Shown one piece after another: positions 35,623-43,628 of a stretch of DNA of 43,628 nucleotides. The stretch's first letter is position 1. Each line of letters begins with the position of its first letter. The stretch is from an uncultured Eubacteriales bacterium (GTDB lineage Bacteria > Bacillota > Clostridia > Christensenellales > CAG-138). Under the pieces are notes generated by a model that made no database searches, had not been told where the DNA came from, and was given only the letters and a program-made list of their open reading frames with translations. Position numbers and translations under genes: made by a program. The DNA lies in the NCBI GenBank assembly GCA_902797145.1, contig CADBRR010000028.1, positions 1 through 43,628 on the forward strand, given 5' to 3'.

Positions 35623-36588
35623 ATGTCAAAACTTATTGAATGTATTCCGAATGTAAGTGAAGGAAGAAGAATGGACGTTGTTGAAGAACTCATCAATGTA
35701 GTAAGAAGCGTAAACGATGTAAAACTTCTTGACTATTCATCAGATGCAAGCCATAACCGTAGCGTTATTACATTCGTTGGAACACCCGAAGGCGTTGAAG
35801 AAGCAGCAGTAAAGCTTGCAAAGGCTGCAAGCGAGAAAATCGACCTTACAAAGCATACTGGTGAACATCCGAGAATGGGCGCAATTGATGTAGTTCCGTT
35901 CGTTCCGATAAGTGATGTAACAATGGAAGATTGTATCGAGATTTCAAAGAAAGTTGCTGAAAGAATATATAACGAAGCAGGAATACCTGTATTCCTTTAT
36001 GAAGAATCAGCATCAGCTCCTCACAGAAAGAACCTTGCAGAAATTCGTAAGGGTCAGTTTGAAGGTATGGCAGAAAAGGTAAAAGAACCAGAATGGATAC
36101 CTGACTTTGGCGGAAGTAAGATTCATCCGACAGCAGGCGTAGTAGCAGTTGGCGCAAGAATGCCACTCGTAGCATATAACATTAACCTCAATACTTCAGA
36201 TGTTAAGATTGCAAAGACTATTGGTAAGATTATTCGTGAAAAGAGTGGCGGATTCAGGGCAGTAAAGGCTCTTGGCATCATGCTTGAAGATAAGAATATT
36301 GCACAAGTTTCAATCAATATGTGTAACTATGAACAGACTCCTCTTTATAGAGTATATGAAACAGTAAAGATGGAAGCTGCTCGCTATGGCGTTGAAGCAA
36401 TCAATAGCGAAATCATTGGTCTTACTCCGAGAAACGCTCTTGTACAGTCCGCAGAATATTACCTTATGCGTGATGGTAAGTTCACAGGCAAAGAAACACC
36501 TGAAGAAATGGTTGATGCAGCAAAGATGTACCTTAAACTCGATGAATTTGACGAAGAAGGTCAGGTTCTTGAAAACCGTATGAAGTAA
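35623..36588 (+). CDS. ftcD: Glutamate formimidoyltransferase
   Basis: ECIPNVSEGRR, SHNRSVIT, GEHPRMGAIDVVPFVP, HPTAG..AVGAR, QVSINM. Confidence 0.95.
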   Translation: MSKLIECIPNVSEGRRMDVVEELINVVRSVNDVKLLDYSSDASHNRSVITFVGTPEGVEEAAVKLAKAASEKIDLTKHTGEHPRMGAIDVVPFVPISDVTMEDCIEISKKVAERIYNEAGIPVFLYEESASAPHRKNLAEIRKGQFEGMAEKVKEPEWIPDFGGSKIHPTAGVVAVGARMPLVAYNINLNTSDVKIAKTIGKIIREKSGGFRAVKALGIMLEDKNIAQVSINMCNYEQTPLYRVYETVKMEAARYGVEAINSEIIGLTPRNALVQSAEYYLMRDGKFTGKETPEEMVDAAKMYLKLDEFDEEGQVLENRMK

Positions 36589-36594
36589 TTCAAA

Positions 36595-37845
36595 ATGGAT
36601 ATACAGGACAGAATTATTTATAATATAGGCGTTCTTGCAACAGCAGAGGGCAGAACGCCTCATAAAGGTAAGGAACAAGGCGATATTAAACAGATAGAAA
36701 ATGCCTATATTGCAATTAAAGATGGAATTATATCAAAAATAGGTTCAGGCGAAGTAGATAAAAATCTCATAGGCAAAAATACAGAGCTTATAGATGCACA
36801 GGGAAAGCTTGTAACGGCAGGACTTGTTGATGCACATACACATCTTGTGTTCGGCGGCTGGCGTGAACACGAGCTTGCATTAAAACTTAAAGGTGTTCCG
36901 TATCTTGATATTTTAAGACAGGGCGGAGGAATTTTAAGCACTGTAAGAAGTACGAGAAGTTCGAGTGAAGATGAACTTTATGAAAAAACGAGTGAAGCAC
37001 TTGAAGAAATGCTCAAGCTTGGAACTACTACTTGTGAAGCAAAGAGCGGTTACGGACTCTCACTTGAACATGAAATAAAGCAGCTTAATGTTGTAAAAAG
37101 GCTTAACGAAAGCCAGCCAATAGAGCTTGTGTCTACATTTATGGCAGCTCATGCAGTACCGGAAGAATATAAGGACAATAAGCAAGGCTATGTTGATCTT
37201 ATTATAAATGATATGCTTCCTTTTGTAGCGGAGAATAAGCTTGCACAGTATTGTGATGTTTTTTGCGAAACAGCAGTATTTGATAAGGAAGAATCAAGAA
37301 AAATTCTTACAACTGCGCAGAAACTCAATATGGGTGCCAAAATTCATGCTGATGAAATTGATGCAATTGGCGGTTCACAGCTTGCGGGTGAAATTCATGC
37401 AGTTTCTGCAGAACATCTTATAGTAGCACCTGATGAAGGCATAAAGTCAATGGCTGATGGTGGTACTATTGCAGTATTGTTGCCGTCTACATCATTTTAT
37501 CTTGATAAGACTTTTGCACGTGCAAGGGAAATGATAAATCAGGGTGTTCCGGTAGCAGTTGCAAGCGATTTTAATCCGGGTTCGACACCGAATTTATCAA
37601 TGCAGCTTACAATGAATATTGCAAGCTATAAATATAAAATGACACCTGAAGAAGTCCTTACAGCGGCAACGCTTAACGCAGCCTGCGCTATTGGTAAAGC
37701 CGATAAAGTAGGAACTGTTGAGGTTGGAAAACAGGCTGATTTGCTTATATGGAATGCGCCAAACCTTGATAGGATATTCTATAGATATGGACATAATCAG
37801 GTAAAGACCGTAATCAAATGCGGTAATATAGTTGTAAATAATTGA
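36595..37845 (+). CDS. hutI: Imidazolonepropionase
   Basis: GLVDAHTHLVF, GGGILSTV, EAKSGYGL, HADEI, ASDFNPGS. Confidence 0.96.
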   Translation: MDIQDRIIYNIGVLATAEGRTPHKGKEQGDIKQIENAYIAIKDGIISKIGSGEVDKNLIGKNTELIDAQGKLVTAGLVDAHTHLVFGGWREHELALKLKGVPYLDILRQGGGILSTVRSTRSSSEDELYEKTSEALEEMLKLGTTTCEAKSGYGLSLEHEIKQLNVVKRLNESQPIELVSTFMAAHAVPEEYKDNKQGYVDLIINDMLPFVAENKLAQYCDVFCETAVFDKEESRKILTTAQKLNMGAKIHADEIDAIGGSQLAGEIHAVSAEHLIVAPDEGIKSMADGGTIAVLLPSTSFYLDKTFARAREMINQGVPVAVASDFNPGSTPNLSMQLTMNIASYKYKMTPEEVLTAATLNAACAIGKADKVGTVEVGKQADLLIWNAPNLDRIFYRYGHNQVKTVIKCGNIVVNN

Positions 37846-37864
37846 TTTGAGAGGATAAGATAAT

Positions 37865-38497
37865 ATGAGCAAGAAATTAACAGAGCTTACAGTTAAAGAA
37901 TTTGTTGATGTTGTAAAGTCGGACGCTCCTGCTCCGGGTGGTGGATCTGTATCTGCTGTAGCAGCTGCAATGGGCGTTGCGTTAGGTTCAATGGTTGCAA
38001 GCCTTACTTTGAGCAAGAAAAAGTACGAAGAATATAAGGAAATCATGGAAGAAATAGTAAGGGACTGCGAACCTATACTCGTAAATGTTATTGACGGTGT
38101 TGATACTGATACAGAAGCTTTTAATGAAGTTACTGATGTATTTGCAATGCCTAAAGATACCGACGAACAGAAAGCAGTTCGTAAAGAAGCTATGCAGAAA
38201 GCATTGAAATCATGTACAGTTGTTCCTTATAGGCTTATCGAAAATTGCGAAAAGGCACTCACTATAATCAGCCAGGAAATCGGCAGGTTTAATACAACTG
38301 CCGCAAGCGATTTGGGTGTTGCAGCTTTGAACCTTAAATCAGCAGCATATGGTGCATGGCTTAATGTTCTTATCAATGTTGGCGGCATTAAGGATGAAAA
38401 ATTTGCAAACGAGCATAGAACACATGGTAAGGAAATGCTTGAAAATATAACAAAGATGGCTGACGCTATCTATGAAGAAGTTCTTAAATATATGTAA
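37865..38497 (+). CDS. fchA: Formimino-THF cyclodeaminase / methenyl-THF cyclohydrolase (FTCD_C, FchA family)
   Basis: SDAPAPGGGSVSA, DTEAFN, SDLGVAA, AWLNVLIN. Confidence 0.85.
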   Translation: MSKKLTELTVKEFVDVVKSDAPAPGGGSVSAVAAAMGVALGSMVASLTLSKKKYEEYKEIMEEIVRDCEPILVNVIDGVDTDTEAFNEVTDVFAMPKDTDEQKAVRKEAMQKALKSCTVVPYRLIENCEKALTIISQEIGRFNTTAASDLGVAALNLKSAAYGAWLNVLINVGGIKDEKFANEHRTHGKEMLENITKMADAIYEEVLKYM

Positions 38498-38506
38498 TTT
38501 ATAACA

Positions 38507-38536
38507 GGGCATATTTTGCACTTGCATTTTATGCCC
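38507..38536. promoter_or_regulatory. Stem-loop between fchA and hutD
   Basis: GGGCATA...TATGCCC outer stem with TGC/GCA inner stem; no U-tract. Confidence 0.45.
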
Positions 38537-38548
38537 ATAAAAATCATT

Positions 38549-39109
38549 ATGAAATACTTATTGATACACGAAAAAGATGCTCAAGTAAGTAATTGGTCGG
38601 GCGGATGTACGACACAGTTATATATTTATCCGGAAAGCTCGGAATATAAAAAACGCAATTTCAAATATAGGTTAAGTATGGCTGTTGCCTTTGAAGAGTT
38701 TTCAACTTATACGTCACTTCCGGGGGTTGAGCGTCACCTTATATCGCTTGAAAATAAAGCCATAGTTTCGCATAATGGGAAATATGATGTTTGTCTTGAA
38801 CCATATAAGATAGTAGATGTCTTCGATGGAGGATGGGAAACTACCGCACAAGGAAAAATTAAGGATTTTAATCTGATGACCGCAAATGGCGCAAAAGGTA
38901 AAATGCAGGTATTTGATGAAGAAACAGTATTTTGTTACGAAATGAATTGTCATCATGCGTTTTATATTGGGGAGGGTCAGGCACAAGTAAACGGAATAAA
39001 TCTTAATAAAGGCGATTTGCTGCTGATTTATGAGATTGGGGACGATGAAAGGCTTGAAGTTAAAGAAAATCAAAATTCAAAAATAATTTATTGCAGTATT
39101 TCGTTATAG
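38549..39109 (+). CDS. hutD: HutD/Ves family protein
   Basis: WSGGCTTQL, F.YRLS.A, LPGVER, FDGGW, DFNLM; lies within the hut cluster; no clear SD. Confidence 0.85.
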   Translation: MKYLLIHEKDAQVSNWSGGCTTQLYIYPESSEYKKRNFKYRLSMAVAFEEFSTYTSLPGVERHLISLENKAIVSHNGKYDVCLEPYKIVDVFDGGWETTAQGKIKDFNLMTANGAKGKMQVFDEETVFCYEMNCHHAFYIGEGQAQVNGINLNKGDLLLIYEIGDDERLEVKENQNSKIIYCSISL

Positions 39110-39142
39110 TATAATAAATATCTTTGGGAGCTGATAGAGAAT

Positions 39143-39982
39143 ATGAGAATTATAAAAGGTATAGATGTAGCAAATTCAATAAATGAGGAAATATTTTCGA
39201 AAACTGCACAGGTTTTAAAAAAACCATGCCTTGCAACTGTAAGAATTGGCGAGCGTGGCGATGATATATCGTATGAAAAAGGTGCTGTCAAGAAGATGAA
39301 CAAACTCAACCTTGAACATAAATCATTCGTTTTTGATGCAGATATATCAAATGAACAGTTCTTGAAAGAGCTTTCCAAAATCAATAATAATGACGAAATT
39401 GATGGAATATTACTTTTTAGACCACTTCCGAAGCAGATTGATGAAAAAGCGGTTATTGATATTATAAATCCTGATAAGGATATTGATTGCATTAGTAGAG
39501 AAAACATAGCAAAGCTATTTATTGGTGAAAGCGATGGTTTTGTACCGTGTACAGCACAGGCTGTAATGGAGGCTGTTCATTTTGCGGGAATTGATTTGAA
39601 TGGGAAAAAAGTTGTCGTTCTTGGCAGGAGTATGGTCATAGGCAAGCCTTTGTCAATGCTTATGTTAAAAGAAAATGCAACAGTAACTATTTGCCATTCT
39701 AAAACAAAGCAACTTAAAGATGAGTGTAAAAGAGCGGATATACTCGTGTGCGCAATAGGTAAAAGCAAGTTCATAGATGATAAATTTGTAAAAGACGGAG
39801 CAGTTGTAATTGATGTAGGAATTAATGTTGATGAAAACGGAAATATAACAGGCGATGTCGATTTTGATAAGGTAGCCGAGAAAACATCGGTTATAACACC
39901 TGTTCCGGGAGGAATAGGAGCTATTACTACATCAGTGCTTGCAAAACAGCTTGTAAAAGCATATTTTAAGCAGAATGTTTGA
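39143..39982 (+). CDS. folD: FolD-family methylene-THF dehydrogenase (probably monofunctional)
   Basis: KDIDC, PCTAQA, GRSMVIGKP, IDVGIN, GDVDF, TPVPGGIG; YxxxK and Gln cyclohydrolase residues substituted. Confidence 0.92.
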   Translation: MRIIKGIDVANSINEEIFSKTAQVLKKPCLATVRIGERGDDISYEKGAVKKMNKLNLEHKSFVFDADISNEQFLKELSKINNNDEIDGILLFRPLPKQIDEKAVIDIINPDKDIDCISRENIAKLFIGESDGFVPCTAQAVMEAVHFAGIDLNGKKVVVLGRSMVIGKPLSMLMLKENATVTICHSKTKQLKDECKRADILVCAIGKSKFIDDKFVKDGAVVIDVGINVDENGNITGDVDFDKVAEKTSVITPVPGGIGAITTSVLAKQLVKAYFKQNV

Positions 39983-40007
39983 CACTTTTATTTGAAAGTG
40001 TTACCAT
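39979..40007 (+). promoter_or_regulatory. SigA-type promoter for hutH-hutU with overlapping palindrome
   Basis: TTGACA-17 bp-TACCAT with extended TG; ACACTTT-N6-AAAGTGT spans the spacer. Confidence 0.7.
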
Positions 40008-40041
40008 AAATATATTAGTTAGATTTACATAGGAGATTTTT

Positions 40042-41589
40042 ATGATAGTTAATCCCATTAATATTAAACACGTTGTAATCAATGGTCATGATTTGACTAT
40101 TGAAGAACTCGTTGCAGTTGCAAGATTTGGCGCAACGGTTGAAGTAAGTGATGAAGCTGTTGAAGCAATGAAAGAAAGCCGTGCGCTCGTTGAAAAAATC
40201 CTTGAAGAAAATCGTGTAGCTTACGGCATAAGTACAGGCTTTGGCGAATTTAGTAAGGTGTCAATCGGTCGTGATAAGAGCGGTACACTCCAGGAAAACC
40301 TTATTCTCAGCCATTGTGTAGCGTGCGGAGAACCATATAGCGAAGAAATCGTTCGTGCTATGATGTTGCTTCGTGCAAATGCACTCTGCGGCGGTCATTC
40401 AGGGATAAGACCTGAAATAGTTCTTGCACTCGTAGAAATGATAAATAGAAGAGTTCATCCGGTTGTTCCGCAGAAAGGCTCACTCGGCGCAAGCGGAGAT
40501 CTTGCACCTCTTGCACATATGGCACTCGTTTTGCTCGGAAGAGGCGAAGCATATTATAACGGTGAAAGAATTGACGGCGGCGAAGCTATGGAAAAGGCTG
40601 GTATACAGACTTTTAGCCTTCAGGCAAAAGAAGGGCTTGCACTTATAAATGGTACACAGGCAATGACAGCAGTAGGCACACTTGCTTATTACGATACACT
40701 TCGTGCAGCAAGGCTTTCGGATATTATAGCTTCAATGAGCATGGAAGCTCTCACAGGTCTTAAAAATGCGTTCGATGCAAGAGTACAGGGCGTAAGACCT
40801 CATCCGGGTCAGCAGCTCGTTGCAAGCAATATTAGAATGCTCATAGATGGTAGTGAGATCATAGATGCTTCACAGAACCTCAGAGTTCAGGATGCATATG
40901 CTATTCGTTGTATACCTCAGGTTCATGGCGCTATTCGTGATGCACTTGAACATATAAAGGGTAAGATAGATATAGAAATGAATTCAGTTACTGATAACCC
41001 GTTGCTGTTCCTTGATGATGAAAGCGTTATTTCAGGCGGTAACTTCCATGGCGAACCTATGGCACTTGCTTTCGATTATCTTGGAATAGCTGCATCAGAA
41101 ATTGCAAATATTTCAGAAAGGCGACTTGAAAGACTTGTAAATCCTGCACTCAGTAACGGACTTCCGGCATTCTTAACACCTAATGGCGGACTTAATTCAG
41201 GTTATATGATTTGCCAGTATAGCGCAGCTTCAATGGTATCTGAAAACAAGGTTCTTGCACATCCTGCAAGCGTTGATTCAATACCGAGTTCAGCTAACCA
41301 GGAAGACCATGTAAGCATGGGTACAACAGCTGCAAGGAAAGCAAGGCAGATAGTAGAAAATACTTTGTCAACTCTTGGATTTGAACTTATGGCAGCAGTT
41401 CAGGGCATAGATTTGAGAGGCGGTAATGTATCACCTGTTCATAAGGCTGTATATGATATAGTTCGTGATAAGATTAAATTCTTTGATAAGGATAGAGAAA
41501 TAAGAATTGATATTGCAAATATGGAAAAGCTTATCAGAAGCGGTGTTATTGAAAACACAGTAAGCGATATGCTTGAACAGTTCTGCTAA
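40042..41589 (+). CDS. hutH: Histidine ammonia-lyase
   Basis: YGISTGFG, LILSH (HAL specificity), GASGDLAPL (MIO), KEGLALINGT, QDAYAIRC.PQV, NQEDHVSMG. Confidence 0.97.
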   Translation: MIVNPINIKHVVINGHDLTIEELVAVARFGATVEVSDEAVEAMKESRALVEKILEENRVAYGISTGFGEFSKVSIGRDKSGTLQENLILSHCVACGEPYSEEIVRAMMLLRANALCGGHSGIRPEIVLALVEMINRRVHPVVPQKGSLGASGDLAPLAHMALVLLGRGEAYYNGERIDGGEAMEKAGIQTFSLQAKEGLALINGTQAMTAVGTLAYYDTLRAARLSDIIASMSMEALTGLKNAFDARVQGVRPHPGQQLVASNIRMLIDGSEIIDASQNLRVQDAYAIRCIPQVHGAIRDALEHIKGKIDIEMNSVTDNPLLFLDDESVISGGNFHGEPMALAFDYLGIAASEIANISERRLERLVNPALSNGLPAFLTPNGGLNSGYMICQYSAASMVSENKVLAHPASVDSIPSSANQEDHVSMGTTAARKARQIVENTLSTLGFELMAAVQGIDLRGGNVSPVHKAVYDIVRDKIKFFDKDREIRIDIANMEKLIRSGVIENTVSDMLEQFC

Positions 41590-41604
41590 TATATGGAGGT
41601 TAAT

Positions 41605-43623
41605 ATGTTGTTTGATGTTGAAAACGCAATGACTATAAAACTTGATAAAGTGCTTCCTGAATACCCTAAATTCCAGGAGGGCATTAGAAGAGCGCCGAGA
41701 AGAGAATCACACCTTAGTGAAAAGGATATGCAAACTGCACTCAAAAATGCTTTGCGATATATTCCTACAGAGCTCCATGAACAGCTTGCTGAGGAATTTA
41801 TGCAGGAACTTAAAGAACATGGTAGAATTTATGGCTATCGTTTCCGTCCCGAAGGCAGACTTTATGGTAAACCCATTGATGAATATAAAGGAAATTGTAT
41901 AGAGGGTAAGGCTTTTCAGGTTATGATTGATAATAACCTTGATTTTGAGGTTGCACTTTATCCTTATGAACTCGTTACATATGGCGAAACAGGTCAGGTT
42001 TGCCAAAACTGGATGCAGTATAGACTTATCAAGAAATATCTTGAAGTGCTGAGAGATGATCAAACACTCGTTATAGAATCAGGCCATCCGCTCGGACTTT
42101 TCAAGTCGCATAAGTTTGCACCGAGAGTTGTCATAACAAACGGACTCATGGTTGGTATGTTCGATAATCAGGCAGATTTCAATCGTGCAGCAGCAATGGG
42201 CGTTGCAAATTATGGTCAGATGACAGCAGGCGGTTGGATGTATATTGGTCCACAGGGCATAGTTCATGGTACATTCAATACTTTACTTAACGCAGGTAGA
42301 CTTAAATTAGGTATTCCGCAGAACGAAAACCTCGCAGGCAAACTTTTCGTTTCCGCAGGATTGGGCGGAATGAGTGGCGCACAAGGTAAGGCTGCTGAAA
42401 TTGCAGGCGCAGTTTCAATTATAGCAGAAGTTGACTTGTCAAGAATTATGACAAGATATAACCAAAAGTGGGTTAGCACATATTCTGATAGTCTCGAAGA
42501 ATGCGTAAAAATGGCAAAGGAAAAACTTGAAAAGAAAGAACCCTATGCTATTGCATACCATGGCAATGTTGTTGACTTGCTTGAATATCTTATAAATAAT
42601 AATATTCATGTTGACTTACTTTCAGACCAGACATCATGCCACGTTCCTTATGACGGAGGATATTGCCCGCAGGGAATTTCATTTGAAGAACGTACACGCT
42701 TGCTTGATGAGGATAAGGAAACATTTGTTAAACTCGTTAATAAGACACTCCGTCATCATTATGAGCTTATTAAGGAACTCGATAAGAGAGGAACATATTT
42801 CTTCGATTATGGCAATAGCTTCCTTAAAGCAGTATACGATGCAGGTGAAAAGGAAATCTGTAAGAATGGCGTTGATGAAAAAGATGGATTTATCTTCCCG
42901 TCATATGTTGAAGATATTCTCGGACCACAGTTGTTTGACTATGGTTATGGTCCGTTCCGTTGGGTATGCTTGAGCGGAAAGCCTGAAGACCTCGATGCAA
43001 CAGATAAGGCTGCTATGGAATGTATCGACCCGAATAGACGTTATCAGGATCTTGATAACTATGTATGGGTTCGTGATGCAAAGAAGAATAATATGGTAGT
43101 CGGCACACAGGCAAGAATACTTTATCAGGACGCTATGGGAAGAACTAAGATTGCATTGAAGTTCAATGAACTTGTAAGAGAAGGCAAGATTGGTCCCGTT
43201 ATGCTCGGCAGAGATCATCACGATACAGGCGGAACAGATTCACCTTTCCGTGAAACATCAAATATTAAAGATGGATCAAATATTATGGCAGATATGGCAA
43301 CACAGTGCTTTGCAGGAAATGCAGCACGTGGTATGAGCCTTATCGCACTCCACAATGGCGGCGGTGTAGGAATCGGAAAGTCAATAAACGGTGGCTTTGG
43401 TATGGTTCTTGACGGAAGTGAAAGGGTTGATACAATTCTTTCAATGGCAATGCCGTGGGATACAATGGGCGGTGTAGCTCGTAGATCGTGGGCAAGGAAT
43501 GAAAACTCAATTTCAACTTGTATCGAGTTTAATGAAACACATAAGGATACAGACCATATAACTTTGCCTTATGTAGCAGATGAAGAACTCGTTAAAAAGA
43601 CGGTTGAAAAGGTTATGAAGTAA
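41605..43623 (+). CDS. hutU: Urocanate hydratase (long form)
   Basis: YGQMTAGGWMYIGPQGIVHGT, GLGGMSGAQ, SDQTSCH, GPFRWVC, GRDHHD, HNGGGVG; SD GGAGG before ATG 41605. Confidence 0.97.
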   Translation: MLFDVENAMTIKLDKVLPEYPKFQEGIRRAPRRESHLSEKDMQTALKNALRYIPTELHEQLAEEFMQELKEHGRIYGYRFRPEGRLYGKPIDEYKGNCIEGKAFQVMIDNNLDFEVALYPYELVTYGETGQVCQNWMQYRLIKKYLEVLRDDQTLVIESGHPLGLFKSHKFAPRVVITNGLMVGMFDNQADFNRAAAMGVANYGQMTAGGWMYIGPQGIVHGTFNTLLNAGRLKLGIPQNENLAGKLFVSAGLGGMSGAQGKAAEIAGAVSIIAEVDLSRIMTRYNQKWVSTYSDSLEECVKMAKEKLEKKEPYAIAYHGNVVDLLEYLINNNIHVDLLSDQTSCHVPYDGGYCPQGISFEERTRLLDEDKETFVKLVNKTLRHHYELIKELDKRGTYFFDYGNSFLKAVYDAGEKEICKNGVDEKDGFIFPSYVEDILGPQLFDYGYGPFRWVCLSGKPEDLDATDKAAMECIDPNRRYQDLDNYVWVRDAKKNNMVVGTQARILYQDAMGRTKIALKFNELVREGKIGPVMLGRDHHDTGGTDSPFRETSNIKDGSNIMADMATQCFAGNAARGMSLIALHNGGGVGIGKSINGGFGMVLDGSERVDTILSMAMPWDTMGGVARRSWARNENSISTCIEFNETHKDTDHITLPYVADEELVKKTVEKVMK

Positions 43624-43628
43624 GAATA

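Noticed and set aside
40015-40035. Three UAG triplets upstream of hutH suggesting a HutP site
   Set aside because: Spacing (1 and 7 nt) does not fit, there is no terminator to antiterminate, and no hutP is in the window.
41605-43623. Eukaryote-like length of urocanase as a sign of horizontal transfer
   Set aside because: The long form is widespread in anaerobic Firmicutes and Bacteroidetes.
1-43628. CRISPR array, tRNA/rRNA, SRP RNA, riboswitch or defence system
   Set aside because: No regularly spaced repeats, and the intergenic gaps are short and lack recognisable signatures; SMC and YraN are the housekeeping copies in standard synteny.

Overview
Low-GC Clostridia-type (Firmicutes) chromosomal segment; all genes but two lie on the + strand. 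I found no rRNA, tRNA, CRISPR array, prophage or IS. The left two thirds is conserved core synteny: dac(partial)-rluB-plsX-acpP-rnc-smc-ftsY-ylxM-ffh-rpsP-khpA-rimM-trmD-rplS-rbgA-rnhB-yraN-[insert]-comM-dprA-topA-trmFO-hslV-hslU. The insert encodes a 1277-aa protein fusing a signal peptide, a CBM-like domain, an ALG6/8- or GT87-like GT-C transferase and a GT39 protein O-mannosyltransferase (PMT), followed by a GtrA flippase. This is the best candidate for an uncharacterised protein glycosylation system. Where codY usually sits after hslU, there is an intact 728-aa mannose-1-P guanylyltransferase/phosphomannomutase-like fusion with its catalytic motifs replaced (probable pseudoenzyme). Next come trmL, a pgsA-like gene, a minus-strand thioesterase/kinase pair, ogg, a divergent EF-G paralog lacking the catalytic His, and an orphan SAM methyltransferase. 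The window ends with a folate-linked histidine utilisation cluster (ftcD-hutI-fchA-hutD-folD-hutH-hutU) whose FolD lacks the cyclohydrolase residues. Several candidate cis-regulatory elements are also visible. All calls come from recognising motifs by eye; no database search was run.
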